Under the pieces are notes generated by a model. The model worked only from the letters and a program-made list of their open reading frames with translations. It did no database searches and was not told the DNA's origin. Positions 9,939 to 17,572 of a DNA stretch of 46,457 nucleotides are shown here, in pieces. Every line of letters starts with the position of its first letter. Position 1 is the stretch's first letter. The stretch lies in NCBI GenBank assembly GCA_026328835.1, contig GCA_026328835.1_4850.1. The stretch is one strand, 5' to 3'. The DNA is from a phage. Both the position numbers and the translations under genes were made by a program.

Positions 9939-10478
9939 CTACAGACGCATCGGCATAACAACAATCTTCGCAGTCTCGCCAGATGGCGAATTAATACAGC
10001 AAACTGCGGCATTTGTGTTTCCATTTAGTTCAAACTTAACGCCACAGAATTTAGGATTAAACAGTTTTGCCACTTTCTCAATATTAACCAGATAGCCAGC
10101 ATTGAAGCCAATTTCCTCTGCTGCTTTCGTTTCCTTAGGTATCACGCGGTCAATGTCAGGGAATCGGCCGTCAATCTCTTCGCAGATACCAGCACCAACC
10201 ATTGTGTCCATATGACCGAAATGATAAGTAACGATTCCAGATTTTGTATCGATGATCGCATGGTTATATTTCTTTGTCGGAGACTTGCTTACCTTTACAA
10301 TCACATTTTCTGTCAGCTTATTGTCATGGCTTCCGCCAATAAACGCGCGATGACCGTCAGTTGATGCGATGCGACCATCTTGCATAAAGCAAATACCATT
10401 CAGGTAATACCGCACATCGTTGCGAGCCTGAAAGATTAATGCTGATTCAAGTAATAATTTGCTGATTTTTAGTTTCAT
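9939..10478 (-). CDS. truncated beta sliding clamp (DnaN)-like protein
   Basis: DVRYYLNG, TDGHR, DGRFPDIDRVIP and C-terminal VVMPMRL match E. coli DnaN domain II and the end of domain III as recalled; about 179 aa versus 366; start MKLKISK with RBS AAGGTGA. Confidence 0.7.
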   Translation of the reverse strand: MKLKISKLLLESALIFQARNDVRYYLNGICFMQDGRIASTDGHRAFIGGSHDNKLTENVIVKVSKSPTKKYNHAIIDTKSGIVTYHFGHMDTMVGAGICEEIDGRFPDIDRVIPKETKAAEEIGFNAGYLVNIEKVAKLFNPKFCGVKFELNGNTNAAVCCINSPSGETAKIVVMPMRL

Positions 10479-10675
10479 TACTTCACCTTTATCATGTGCT
10501 GTTTTGCAACCTTCAGGCATTCTTCAAAGATGCCACCCTTCTTTGCGCTCTGATTGCGCTTGTAATACTGAATCGCCGCATCAATTGCCATCTGGTCGAT
10601 ATCTGGCAGCTTGGCGCGAAGTTGTTTTTCGATGAATTGCTCAGCGTTCATTGTTCTCGCCTGCCATAAATCCAA
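10478..10675 (-). CDS. hypothetical protein
   Basis: 65-aa ORF; alternative internal start at 10651. Confidence 0.4.
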   Translation of the reverse strand: MDLWQARTMNAEQFIEKQLRAKLPDIDQMAIDAAIQYYKRNQSAKKGGIFEECLKVAKQHMIKVK

Positions 10676-10868
10676 TAAATTGCTTTGTGCACTTCAGGCA
10701 AAGCCACTTGCATTTCTGAATGTTAATCCCTCCGCAGTCCTGGCCAATACTCCCTCTGTATGCGACGGTAAGTTCTCCGCGCTCACCATCAATATACTCA
10801 TCAGGATTTTTAGTTTCATATCCGCATCTATCACACTTATGGATTGTTATGGTTATTTTCGCCATCAC
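10641..10868 (-). CDS. zinc-ribbon protein
   Basis: CDRCG...CLKC Cys pairs in 75 aa. Confidence 0.5.
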   Translation of the reverse strand: MMAKITITIHKCDRCGYETKNPDEYIDGERGELTVAYRGSIGQDCGGINIQKCKWLCLKCTKQFIGFMAGENNER

Positions 10869-11674
10869 ATCTTCTCCAGAATTGCCATGACCTCGTGAAT
10901 ATCAGCAACAGGAATCTGGATAAACTCCTCATCCTCAGCCACCACATGACCAGCAGGAAGAATTACATGATCTGCTGGCTTTAATAACTCAATCAGGCGG
11001 TCTACTGGCTTAATCTTTTTCGACTTCAGCACCTTTGCCGTGACCTTGTCCTTGCCTTGTGCTTTGGCCTCTTCGACTGCCTCGTCGATAACTTTAACCG
11101 CATCATCGCCATGTTCACGCGTTACTGCTACGGCATTTGCATAGCTGATTTGTCCTGCACTGATGCGCGCTTTTACTTCTGCTGGCACATCACCCAGCGA
11201 CAGGTGCATTTGCACGTCAGATACTGAGCGGCCTACCTTCTTGGCGATTTCTTCATTTGTCCAGCCAAATCCTTTCAATCGCGTGTAAGCCTTTGCACGC
11301 TCAAACGGGTCAAGCTGCTTGCCCTGACTGGATGACACCATGAAGGCGATTTTGTCCGCCTCGTCGCCAGTGAAATCCTTGCACTCAATGCGAACGATTG
11401 GTGCGCCGCGTTCAATGGCTCGTAGTGCACCAAGATAGCGATGCTGACCATCAAGAATGCGGATTCCTTTGTCGTCAGGGATAACTGTTAATGCTGGCAA
11501 TGGCTGACCTGATTCCCAGCACTGAGCGAAATATTCAACGTGTTGCTCATCTGCTTCACGGATGTTATATCCCGGCTCCAGATAGATTCGCTCCACTGGC
11601 ACGAGATAGGTTTTGTTAACAGCAATACCGTTGCGCGTTTCTTTGTCTGAATAGATTTTGCTTAGTGTTTTCAT
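10865..11674 (-). CDS. ParB-like (ParB/Srx N-terminal domain plus HTH) protein
   Basis: DGQHRYLGA GxxR-type motif followed by HTH-like EEIAKKVGRSVSDVQMHLSL. Confidence 0.65.
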   Translation of the reverse strand: MKTLSKIYSDKETRNGIAVNKTYLVPVERIYLEPGYNIREADEQHVEYFAQCWESGQPLPALTVIPDDKGIRILDGQHRYLGALRAIERGAPIVRIECKDFTGDEADKIAFMVSSSQGKQLDPFERAKAYTRLKGFGWTNEEIAKKVGRSVSDVQMHLSLGDVPAEVKARISAGQISYANAVAVTREHGDDAVKVIDEAVEEAKAQGKDKVTAKVLKSKKIKPVDRLIELLKPADHVILPAGHVVAEDEEFIQIPVADIHEVMAILEKM

Positions 11675-12015
11675 TGTTTCTTTCCTAATGCTTTCTTGAT
11701 AGATTCTTCAGCTAACAGCAATTCTTCTGGGTATTGCTCATTCCAGTTTTGTTTGTATGCCTTGCCAAGCATTTTTTGCAGAGCTTCAAGCAACTCAGGT
11801 GCTGCGGCTATTAACTTTGCATTTGCACGCGTTTCATCAGCCTCTCTGGCATGAACATTTTCATAAACAGGTGTTAATACATTTGCCACCTTATATCGAT
11901 GACCAATAATTGCGCCTCTGATTCTGATGTATGGCTTATCTACTTCTTCTGGTAAAACCTGCCACGGACCTTTTGTACCTTTGAATTCATCTTTCATATC
12001 ACTCACCTCTAACAT
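11671..12015 (-). CDS. Ead/Ea22-like protein
   Basis: KGPW ... ANAKLIAAAPELLEAL pattern. Confidence 0.5.
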   Translation of the reverse strand: MLEVSDMKDEFKGTKGPWQVLPEEVDKPYIRIRGAIIGHRYKVANVLTPVYENVHAREADETRANAKLIAAAPELLEALQKMLGKAYKQNWNEQYPEELLLAEESIKKALGKKQ

Positions 12016-12037
12016 TTATTGTTGTTTCTACGTCATT

Positions 12038-12066
12038 ACTATAAACACCTCACCAATCTACGTCAA
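12038..12066 (-). promoter_or_regulatory. sigma70-like promoter for the minus-strand island
   Basis: minus strand TTGACG (12066-12061), 17-nt spacer, TATAGT (12043-12038). Confidence 0.5.
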
Positions 12067-12074
12067 CAGGAATA

Positions 12075-12083
12075 TGCTAAAAT
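12075..12083 (+). promoter_or_regulatory. extended -10 promoter element (TGcTAAAAT)
   Basis: TG-N-TAAAAT about 30 nt upstream of the ORF at 12114. Confidence 0.35.
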
Positions 12084-12113
12084 CATGCTAATCAAACAAC
12101 AGGAGATTTAAAC

Positions 12114-12233
12114 ATGGGTTCCACCAATTCGCCTTCTCGTTCACGCGCAACTGGCAATACCAAAACTGGCGGCAAAACTGGCGCAGTGAAGCCAAACGGC
12201 TCCACCCGTTCACCGTCGCGCGGTAAGAAATAA
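12114..12233 (+). CDS. small highly basic Ser/Thr/Gly-rich protein
   Basis: hand-translated 39 aa MGSTNSPSRSRATGNTKTGGKTGAVKPNGSTRSPSRGKK; strong RBS AGGAGA; stop overlaps next ATG. Confidence 0.4.
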   Translation: MGSTNSPSRSRATGNTKTGGKTGAVKPNGSTRSPSRGKK

Positions 12234-12673
12234 TGTTCGGCGCAGATATTGCCATCATGATCATGTATGTGCTTGGCTTTGCCTGCACGGGCATGATTGC
12301 GTTTCTGGTGTTCATTCCGGCAATGGTGATGTCTGTGTATCTTGGATGGGTGCTTGTTGATTCATTTCCCGCCGAATATCTGTATTACCTTGCGCAGTCT
12401 ATGATCTGGTTGTTTCCGGCTATTGCGCTGCGCAAAAGTACAAAGATGGCGCTCTGCGTGCTTACGATGAGCCTTTACGAATGGCTGGTTGTGATAGAGT
12501 CATTCGTATGGGAATTTATCACGCCTGTAGAAACGCCGCTTCATGCGCAGTACGCATTTATTATTATCGGCATCCATCTGTTCATCCTTTCCATCACTTT
12601 TAAATGGGGCGGCGAAATTGGACATTATTCTTGGCGTGGTCGCCATTGTTTTTTCGCTGATTCAAATCTATAA
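12233..12673 (+). CDS. integral membrane protein
   Basis: 146 aa with about four hydrophobic segments. Confidence 0.45.
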   Translation: MFGADIAIMIMYVLGFACTGMIAFLVFIPAMVMSVYLGWVLVDSFPAEYLYYLAQSMIWLFPAIALRKSTKMALCVLTMSLYEWLVVIESFVWEFITPVETPLHAQYAFIIIGIHLFILSITFKWGGEIGHYSWRGRHCFFADSNL

Positions 12674-12705
12674 GTGCTGGAAACATATCATCAGCGAGAC
12701 GCACA

Positions 12706-12990
12706 ATGAACGGAGCACTAAGGCAGGCCGCAGAGCAGATTATAAGCGGAACGGCAGGGCAGGTGATTGACAAGGCTGGATACGCTTCTATTGGTACTGG
12801 TATTGGCCTGAAAGTTGCAGAGCAAACACCTGTCACGCAATCTTATTTTGAGGCTATGATTCCACACAGCCTGACAGAGTGGGCGGCAGTAGCGTCAATC
12901 CTCGGCGCTCTGTCTCTGGTAATAAAGAATCTGTTTGAAATGTGGTGGAAGGTACGGGAGTCGAAAAAAAATGGCAGCACCAACACCTGA
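12706..12990 (+). CDS. hypothetical membrane protein
   Basis: 94 aa; C-terminal TM LTEWAAVASILGALSLVIKNLF then charged tail. Confidence 0.4.
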   Translation: MNGALRQAAEQIISGTAGQVIDKAGYASIGTGIGLKVAEQTPVTQSYFEAMIPHSLTEWAAVASILGALSLVIKNLFEMWWKVRESKKNGSTNT

Positions 12991-13369
12991 AGAATTAGTA
13001 AGCCAGATGGCATCCCGTGGAATGACTATCACCACAACGGATGCGTCGGGTATTCTGTGTCTTGTGGCATCAATCAGTGAATGCCTTGAACTGAACTATC
13101 CAAATGATGAATGCCGACAAAATGCGATCATGCTGTGGGCTTCCATCCTGATTAGCGCAAATACCGCTGGTCGCTACGTTACCAGTCAGAGCGCACCATC
13201 TGGCGCTTCACAATCATTCGCATATGGCAGCAAGCCGTGGGTGGCGCTGCACAATCAGATGAAGCTACTGGATACAGCCGGATGCACTGGCGATTTGGTG
13301 GAAGACCCTGACGGAAGTGGTAAACCATGGTTTGCGGTTGTGCGTGGTTCACGTTGCGGAGGTAGGTGA
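12971..13369 (+). CDS. putative head-tail connector protein
   Basis: start MAAPTPEEL at 12971 with RBS GGGAG; ~130 aa; position before neck genes. Confidence 0.45.
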   Translation: MAAPTPEELVSQMASRGMTITTTDASGILCLVASISECLELNYPNDECRQNAIMLWASILISANTAGRYVTSQSAPSGASQSFAYGSKPWVALHNQMKLLDTAGCTGDLVEDPDGSGKPWFAVVRGSRCGGR

Positions 13370-13593
13370 TGGCGCTTATTTTTGGTCGAGTTGATAAAAC
13401 TCAGTGGGAGTATGCTGCGCTATTTGCCAACATTGTCCCAGTTTATATCAATAATATTGATTCAGAATCACCGAACATAACTTGTGCAAACGGATGTCCT
13501 GATTGGGTGCTTTCGCTAGTTACATGGCTTGTTTGTAATGTGCCTATGCCTTATGACGGATTCATGTTTACACATGTAAGGAGGATTAATTGA
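13366..13593 (+). CDS. hypothetical protein
   Basis: 75-aa ORF in structural operon. Confidence 0.45.
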   Translation: MMALIFGRVDKTQWEYAALFANIVPVYINNIDSESPNITCANGCPDWVLSLVTWLVCNVPMPYDGFMFTHVRRIN

Positions 13594-13931
13594 CCTCATT
13601 AGCTAACTGGAGTTACACGCAATCATGCACCATCTGGCACAAAAGCGGTACGGACAAGTACGGAAAGCCGACTTTTGACGCGCCAGTAAGCATCATGTGC
13701 GATTATGGCTTTAACGATGATGTATCGACCGATGCGAAAGGAAATGAGATTGTGCAGAAGAATACTTTCTGGACAGAATACACTGACGCGAAGGTTGGTG
13801 ATTACATTATGATTGGCATGGTAACAGATGCTGACCCGCTGGCGGCTGGCGCAAACCAGATTCTGAATGTAATTAACTACGGCAACACGTTCAATCGCGC
13901 TGAGCCGCCTGACTTTGCGCTGGTGACATGA
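13590..13931 (+). CDS. putative head-tail joining protein
   Basis: 113-aa ORF; operon position. Confidence 0.45.
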   Translation: MTSLANWSYTQSCTIWHKSGTDKYGKPTFDAPVSIMCDYGFNDDVSTDAKGNEIVQKNTFWTEYTDAKVGDYIMIGMVTDADPLAAGANQILNVINYGNTFNRAEPPDFALVT

Positions 13932-14395
13932 TGGTGGCGAAATTAAGAGGTATTCAGGAGGCAATTCGCAAAACTGAGCAGATAGTTGGCACTATCACGG
14001 CAGAAAAAGCGGTGAGAGCAATCAAAAGTGCCAACTATATTATTCGCACAGAAGCGGCGACAATAACGCCAATTGACACATCAACCCTTATCAATAGCCA
14101 GTATGATACGGTCGAGGTATCAGGAATGAGGATAACAGGGAAAATAGGTTACTCTGCTGATTATGCTCTATATGTTCACCGCGCGCCAGGAACACTAAAA
14201 GGGAAGCCCCGCGCTCATTTTGGTAAAACCAGTAACAGGTCAGAGTTCGGGCCAAAGCAGGTAAAGGAATTTGGTGGTGGCTCGCTGACTGGTAATTATT
14301 GGGACCCCAATGCTGAGCCTCAATTCCTGACAAAGGCGGCACAGCGCACGAAAGACCTGGTTGACAGCGTGATTAAGAAGGAGATGAAACTGTGA
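13928..14395 (+). CDS. HK97 gp10-like neck/tail component
   Basis: 155 aa; YALYVHRAPGT...G..KPRAHF resembles gp10 family as recalled. Confidence 0.5.
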   Translation: MMVAKLRGIQEAIRKTEQIVGTITAEKAVRAIKSANYIIRTEAATITPIDTSTLINSQYDTVEVSGMRITGKIGYSADYALYVHRAPGTLKGKPRAHFGKTSNRSEFGPKQVKEFGGGSLTGNYWDPNAEPQFLTKAAQRTKDLVDSVIKKEMKL

Positions 14396-14766
14396 ATATG
14401 CTTGCCCTGGTTGACGCATATCTTCAGGATGCCGGGTTGTATAATGGCTGGACTTCGCAGTTGCAGTTCTGGAATGATACCGGAGATGGCAACGAGCAAT
14501 TTATTGTCCTGCAATCCAACGGTGGCACGCAGGTTATGGATGGAATAGGTGGTGACTTCTATTTCTCATTGTATATTGTCGGCAAACATGGACAGTACAA
14601 CGTTGCTGATGTTGATGCGAAGGCGCTGGAGATTATCGAATACATCAAAACCCATCCGATTGATTCATGCGTTAACTACATCCAGTTGCAGGCTCCGCTC
14701 GGACGACCAATGTTGACGGAAGAGAAGCGCCCTGTGCATGAGTTGCTTTTGCGGGTTGTGAAATAA
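14392..14766 (+). CDS. putative tail completion protein
   Basis: 124-aa ORF ending at terminator. Confidence 0.45.
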   Translation: MNMLALVDAYLQDAGLYNGWTSQLQFWNDTGDGNEQFIVLQSNGGTQVMDGIGGDFYFSLYIVGKHGQYNVADVDAKALEIIEYIKTHPIDSCVNYIQLQAPLGRPMLTEEKRPVHELLLRVVK

Positions 14767-14767
14767 A

Positions 14768-14792
14768 TAAAGCCGCATGAAGCGGCTTTATT
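14768..14792 (+). terminator. rho-independent terminator
   Basis: aaagccgc-atga-agcggcttt then T-rich tail. Confidence 0.7.
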
Positions 14793-15311
14793 ACTGGTTT
14801 AAGCATTGCCAGCGTGCTTTCTTAATATCCAGTCCCGTAACCCATACATACCCCTACATATGATTGCGATAATGCTGGATATTAAGTGTTGTTGTGGCCG
14901 GTGCTGATCTCCGGCTTGCGGTTATTTCAGACTCTCACGGGCGTTTAATTGCCCCGCCGAACAGCTCTTTTCCGCAATAGCTGCAATGTCTTTCGCGCAT
15001 CAGCCTGCGCATTCACCACAACGGCAAGAACACTGGCTAACCACGCGCGCAGACTCTTCAGGATTATCTGCTCAATGCTCTTACCTGTTGTGTTCCCTGA
15101 CTTATTAATCACACCTCAGGGACGCAGTGCGCCGAATTTGTTTACAAGGAATCGGAATACCTTGCTGACTTACAGGCTATTACGCCGCCATCAGAACAAC
15201 ATCATCGTTTGCATTTGTCTTTGTGGTCAGTTTCTAAAAAGTCCGCAAAGTCGCTCACGAAAACTATCTGAAATACAATCTACACCACAAAATAATCACT
15301 GTCAACACCTG

Positions 15312-15320
15312 TGATATAAT
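15312..15320 (+). promoter_or_regulatory. extended -10 promoter element TGATATAAT
   Basis: TG-N-TATAAT 36 nt upstream of major tail gene; followed by palindrome gttagc-a-gctaac. Confidence 0.5.
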
Positions 15321-15356
15321 CACCACGTTAGCAGCTAACACAATTCGGAGATCGAA

Positions 15357-16076
15357 ATGGCTATTTGTGCAAATGATAAAGGCGTTCTGGTCGGTCGCAT
15401 GACCAGACTGTTCCTTGCTGAAGGGTGCGGTGACGCAGTTCCGGATGCGGGAGACTGGAAATATTTAGGCTCAACCACCAGTAAAGGTGTTGACTACTCG
15501 CCGCAGACCACTACGTCGGAAGCGGATACCGCTGGCGGTTTTGTTTCCACTCTCGTTACCAGCTCTGATATGACCATCAGTGCAGAGGTTGAAATCCGCA
15601 AGAATGACCCGAGCGATGAATTTGGCTTCCATCGTCTGGTTGAGATTTACGCCACTGAACTGAAAGCGCGTCGTCAGCCTTCCTTGTGGGTGCGTGAAGT
15701 AACTGGCGCGACTATCGTTACCGCGTATTGCAACATCACCAGCATCAGTTATGAAGGTGGCACAAACGACATCGTGACTGGCAGCCTTGAGTTCAAGGTT
15801 TACGATTCCGACAGCGTTACCGTCGAAAGCCTTGAGCCTCTGGCGTTCACTACCGACCTGCAATCAACTGGCACGGCTGGCAGCCCGTTAACTGTTGCTG
15901 TTGAAGGTGGCGTTGCACCATACACCTATGTGTGGCGAAAAGATGGCGTAGTTGTTGGTGGCGAATCTGGCGCAACACTGGCAAGCCCAACAGCTGGTGT
16001 ATATACCGTCACGGTAACTGATTCTTCTACTGACCCGGAAATTATCATCAGCACGGCTTGCACTGTGTCCGCATAA
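15357..16076 (+). CDS. major tail protein with C-terminal Ig-like domain
   Basis: 239 aa; C-terminal ~80 aa Ig-like (PLTVAVEGGVAPYTYVWRKDG...GVYTVTVTD); followed by terminator. Confidence 0.6.
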   Translation: MAICANDKGVLVGRMTRLFLAEGCGDAVPDAGDWKYLGSTTSKGVDYSPQTTTSEADTAGGFVSTLVTSSDMTISAEVEIRKNDPSDEFGFHRLVEIYATELKARRQPSLWVREVTGATIVTAYCNITSISYEGGTNDIVTGSLEFKVYDSDSVTVESLEPLAFTTDLQSTGTAGSPLTVAVEGGVAPYTYVWRKDGVVVGGESGATLASPTAGVYTVTVTDSSTDPEIIISTACTVSA

Positions 16077-16079
16077 AGA

Positions 16080-16108
16080 AAAAGCCCCGAAAGGGGCTTT
16101 GTTTTATT
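16080..16108. terminator. bidirectional rho-independent terminator
   Basis: aaagcccc-gaaa-ggggcttt between convergent genes. Confidence 0.7.
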
Positions 16109-16304
16109 CTTGTGGTGGTTCTGGCAACGGCATCCAGTGCGTTACATATTTTCCGTAGTGATTCCAGAATGGCTTTCTCTCGTCGTCAGGAACAATGTAG
16201 TAGTCGTGCTGAACGGCATTATTCAAAGTTTCATACACCAAGAACTCTTTATCTGTACTACCGTTACCAGGTAGCAGTTCACTACACTTAATCCACTGAC
16301 TCAT
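16104..16304 (-). CDS. DUF551-like phage protein
   Basis: 66 aa; W...LP ... HWMPLPEPP pattern. Confidence 0.45.
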   Translation of the reverse strand: MSQWIKCSELLPGNGSTDKEFLVYETLNNAVQHDYYIVPDDERKPFWNHYGKYVTHWMPLPEPPQE

Positions 16305-16444
16305 ATCACCTTATCCTCATCAAAAATCACACCAATAACGCGAAGCAAGTCTTTCGCCATTCTCTCTGCTTCTTCGTAATCGTAACCTGCATCAACATAC
16401 AGTTCAGTGTAGAAAATCAGGTCTGCTTTTGTTTGTTCGTTCAT
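16301..16444 (-). CDS. hypothetical small acidic protein
   Basis: hand-translated 47 aa; ATGA overlap with downstream gene. Confidence 0.3.
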   Translation of the reverse strand: MNEQTKADLIFYTELYVDAGYDYEEAERMAKDLLRVIGVIFDEDKVI

Positions 16445-16453
16445 GACTAAGCC

Positions 16454-16747
16454 TTACATCCCTTGCTTTTCACACAAAGTAACAGCCACATTGCGCAATT
16501 GCTCTTTGGTCATGTCCTTGCGTGCATAAACCATTTCTACGATAGCAAGGCCGATCATTTCTGCTGCTTCGTTGTTTTTTGCAGCACCTTTTACCACAAC
16601 TTCAGCAAGATTCTTGCTGATACCGTTATCGCGAGCATCAGCAGTATTTAATGCGATGTCGCCAATATTCTTGCACACCTCGGAAGTTGCTACAGCAGAG
16701 AAAGAAGAAACCAATAGTGCAGACGCAATCAACATTTTAATTTTCAT
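16454..16747 (-). CDS. secreted/periplasmic small protein (YmgD-like, two Cys)
   Basis: N-terminal signal peptide MKIKMLIASALLVSSFSAVA; two Cys about 70 aa apart. Confidence 0.45.
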   Translation of the reverse strand: MKIKMLIASALLVSSFSAVATSEVCKNIGDIALNTADARDNGISKNLAEVVVKGAAKNNEAAEMIGLAIVEMVYARKDMTKEQLRNVAVTLCEKQGM

Positions 16748-16826
16748 AACTCACCTCATTTATTCATCACTCGTTTCGATGACTTGAATCTACATCACCA
16801 CCTCGCAGGTGTCAACATCACCGAGA

Positions 16827-16835
16827 TGATATAAT
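16827..16835 (+). promoter_or_regulatory. extended -10 promoter element TGATATAAT
   Basis: identical to element at 15312; upstream block aatctacatcac...gtcaaca also shared. Confidence 0.5.
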
Positions 16836-16855
16836 CAACATCAGTCAAATTCAGG

Positions 16856-17572
16856 ATGCAAAACATGAGCAATCGCACGCCACTAACAGAAATCGGAGAG
16901 ATGCGCATCTCGCTTTCCGACAGGAGTTTTTTCTTCAAGCCATCATTCCGCGCCATGAATGAAATCGGCACACCAAAAGAAATCGTTGAGGTGTGCGCCA
17001 GACTCAATGGCATTGATTATGTTGCGCCATTACAGCACGTCGAATATCTGCCATTTGGCGCTCAAATGCAGGTCATGAAGACTATCAGCAAGCCAGTGTA
17101 TGGTCGGCACGTACTGAGTGCCGCCTATATCGTCATGCAGTCATGCTGTGAAGATGATATTTCTGTTCTGATTGGTGGATGGAAGCCAACACCGCGCGGT
17201 GTGCGATATGTTCCCGGCATCATGCCAGTGAACGACATTATTATTATTGCGCGCAACCTGATGCAGCACGGCGTCATTGGCAAATCCCCACTCAAGGTGC
17301 CTGAACGTCTGGAAGAACAGGGTAAGAAAACCACAAACGAGTTTCATGCGTCGCAATACATCATCTCGGCGCGCACGCATTTCGACATGACGCGCGATGA
17401 GGCAGAAAACCTGTCTATGACAGAGTTTCAGATGATGATTAAGAATAAATATCCAGAGCCGAAAGGGTTAACGAAAGAAGAGCGCGCAGCCGAGTACGAT
17501 CAGGCCAAAGCAGACCGTGAACGCATGAAGGCACTGGCTGAACGCAAAGCGAAAAAAGCGAGGAATACATAA
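16856..17572 (+). CDS. tail assembly chaperone
   Basis: 238-aa ORF immediately before tape measure gene; basic C-terminus. Confidence 0.5.
   Translation: MQNMSNRTPLTEIGEMRISLSDRSFFFKPSFRAMNEIGTPKEIVEVCARLNGIDYVAPLQHVEYLPFGAQMQVMKTISKPVYGRHVLSAAYIVMQSCCEDDISVLIGGWKPTPRGVRYVPGIMPVNDIIIIARNLMQHGVIGKSPLKVPERLEEQGKKTTNEFHASQYIISARTHFDMTRDEAENLSMTEFQMMIKNKYPEPKGLTKEERAAEYDQAKADRERMKALAERKAKKARNT

Noticed and set aside
12543-12770. 75-aa alternate-frame ORF overlapping the membrane protein gene
   Set aside because: Lies in another frame of 12233-12673 and overlaps 12706-12990; hydrophobic translation is probably a codon-composition artefact, though a frameshift cannot be excluded.
14949-15314. 121-aa plus-strand ORF in the long spacer
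   Set aside because: Arg-rich low-complexity translation, no RBS, sits in a region with promoter and inverted-repeat features; treated as non-coding.
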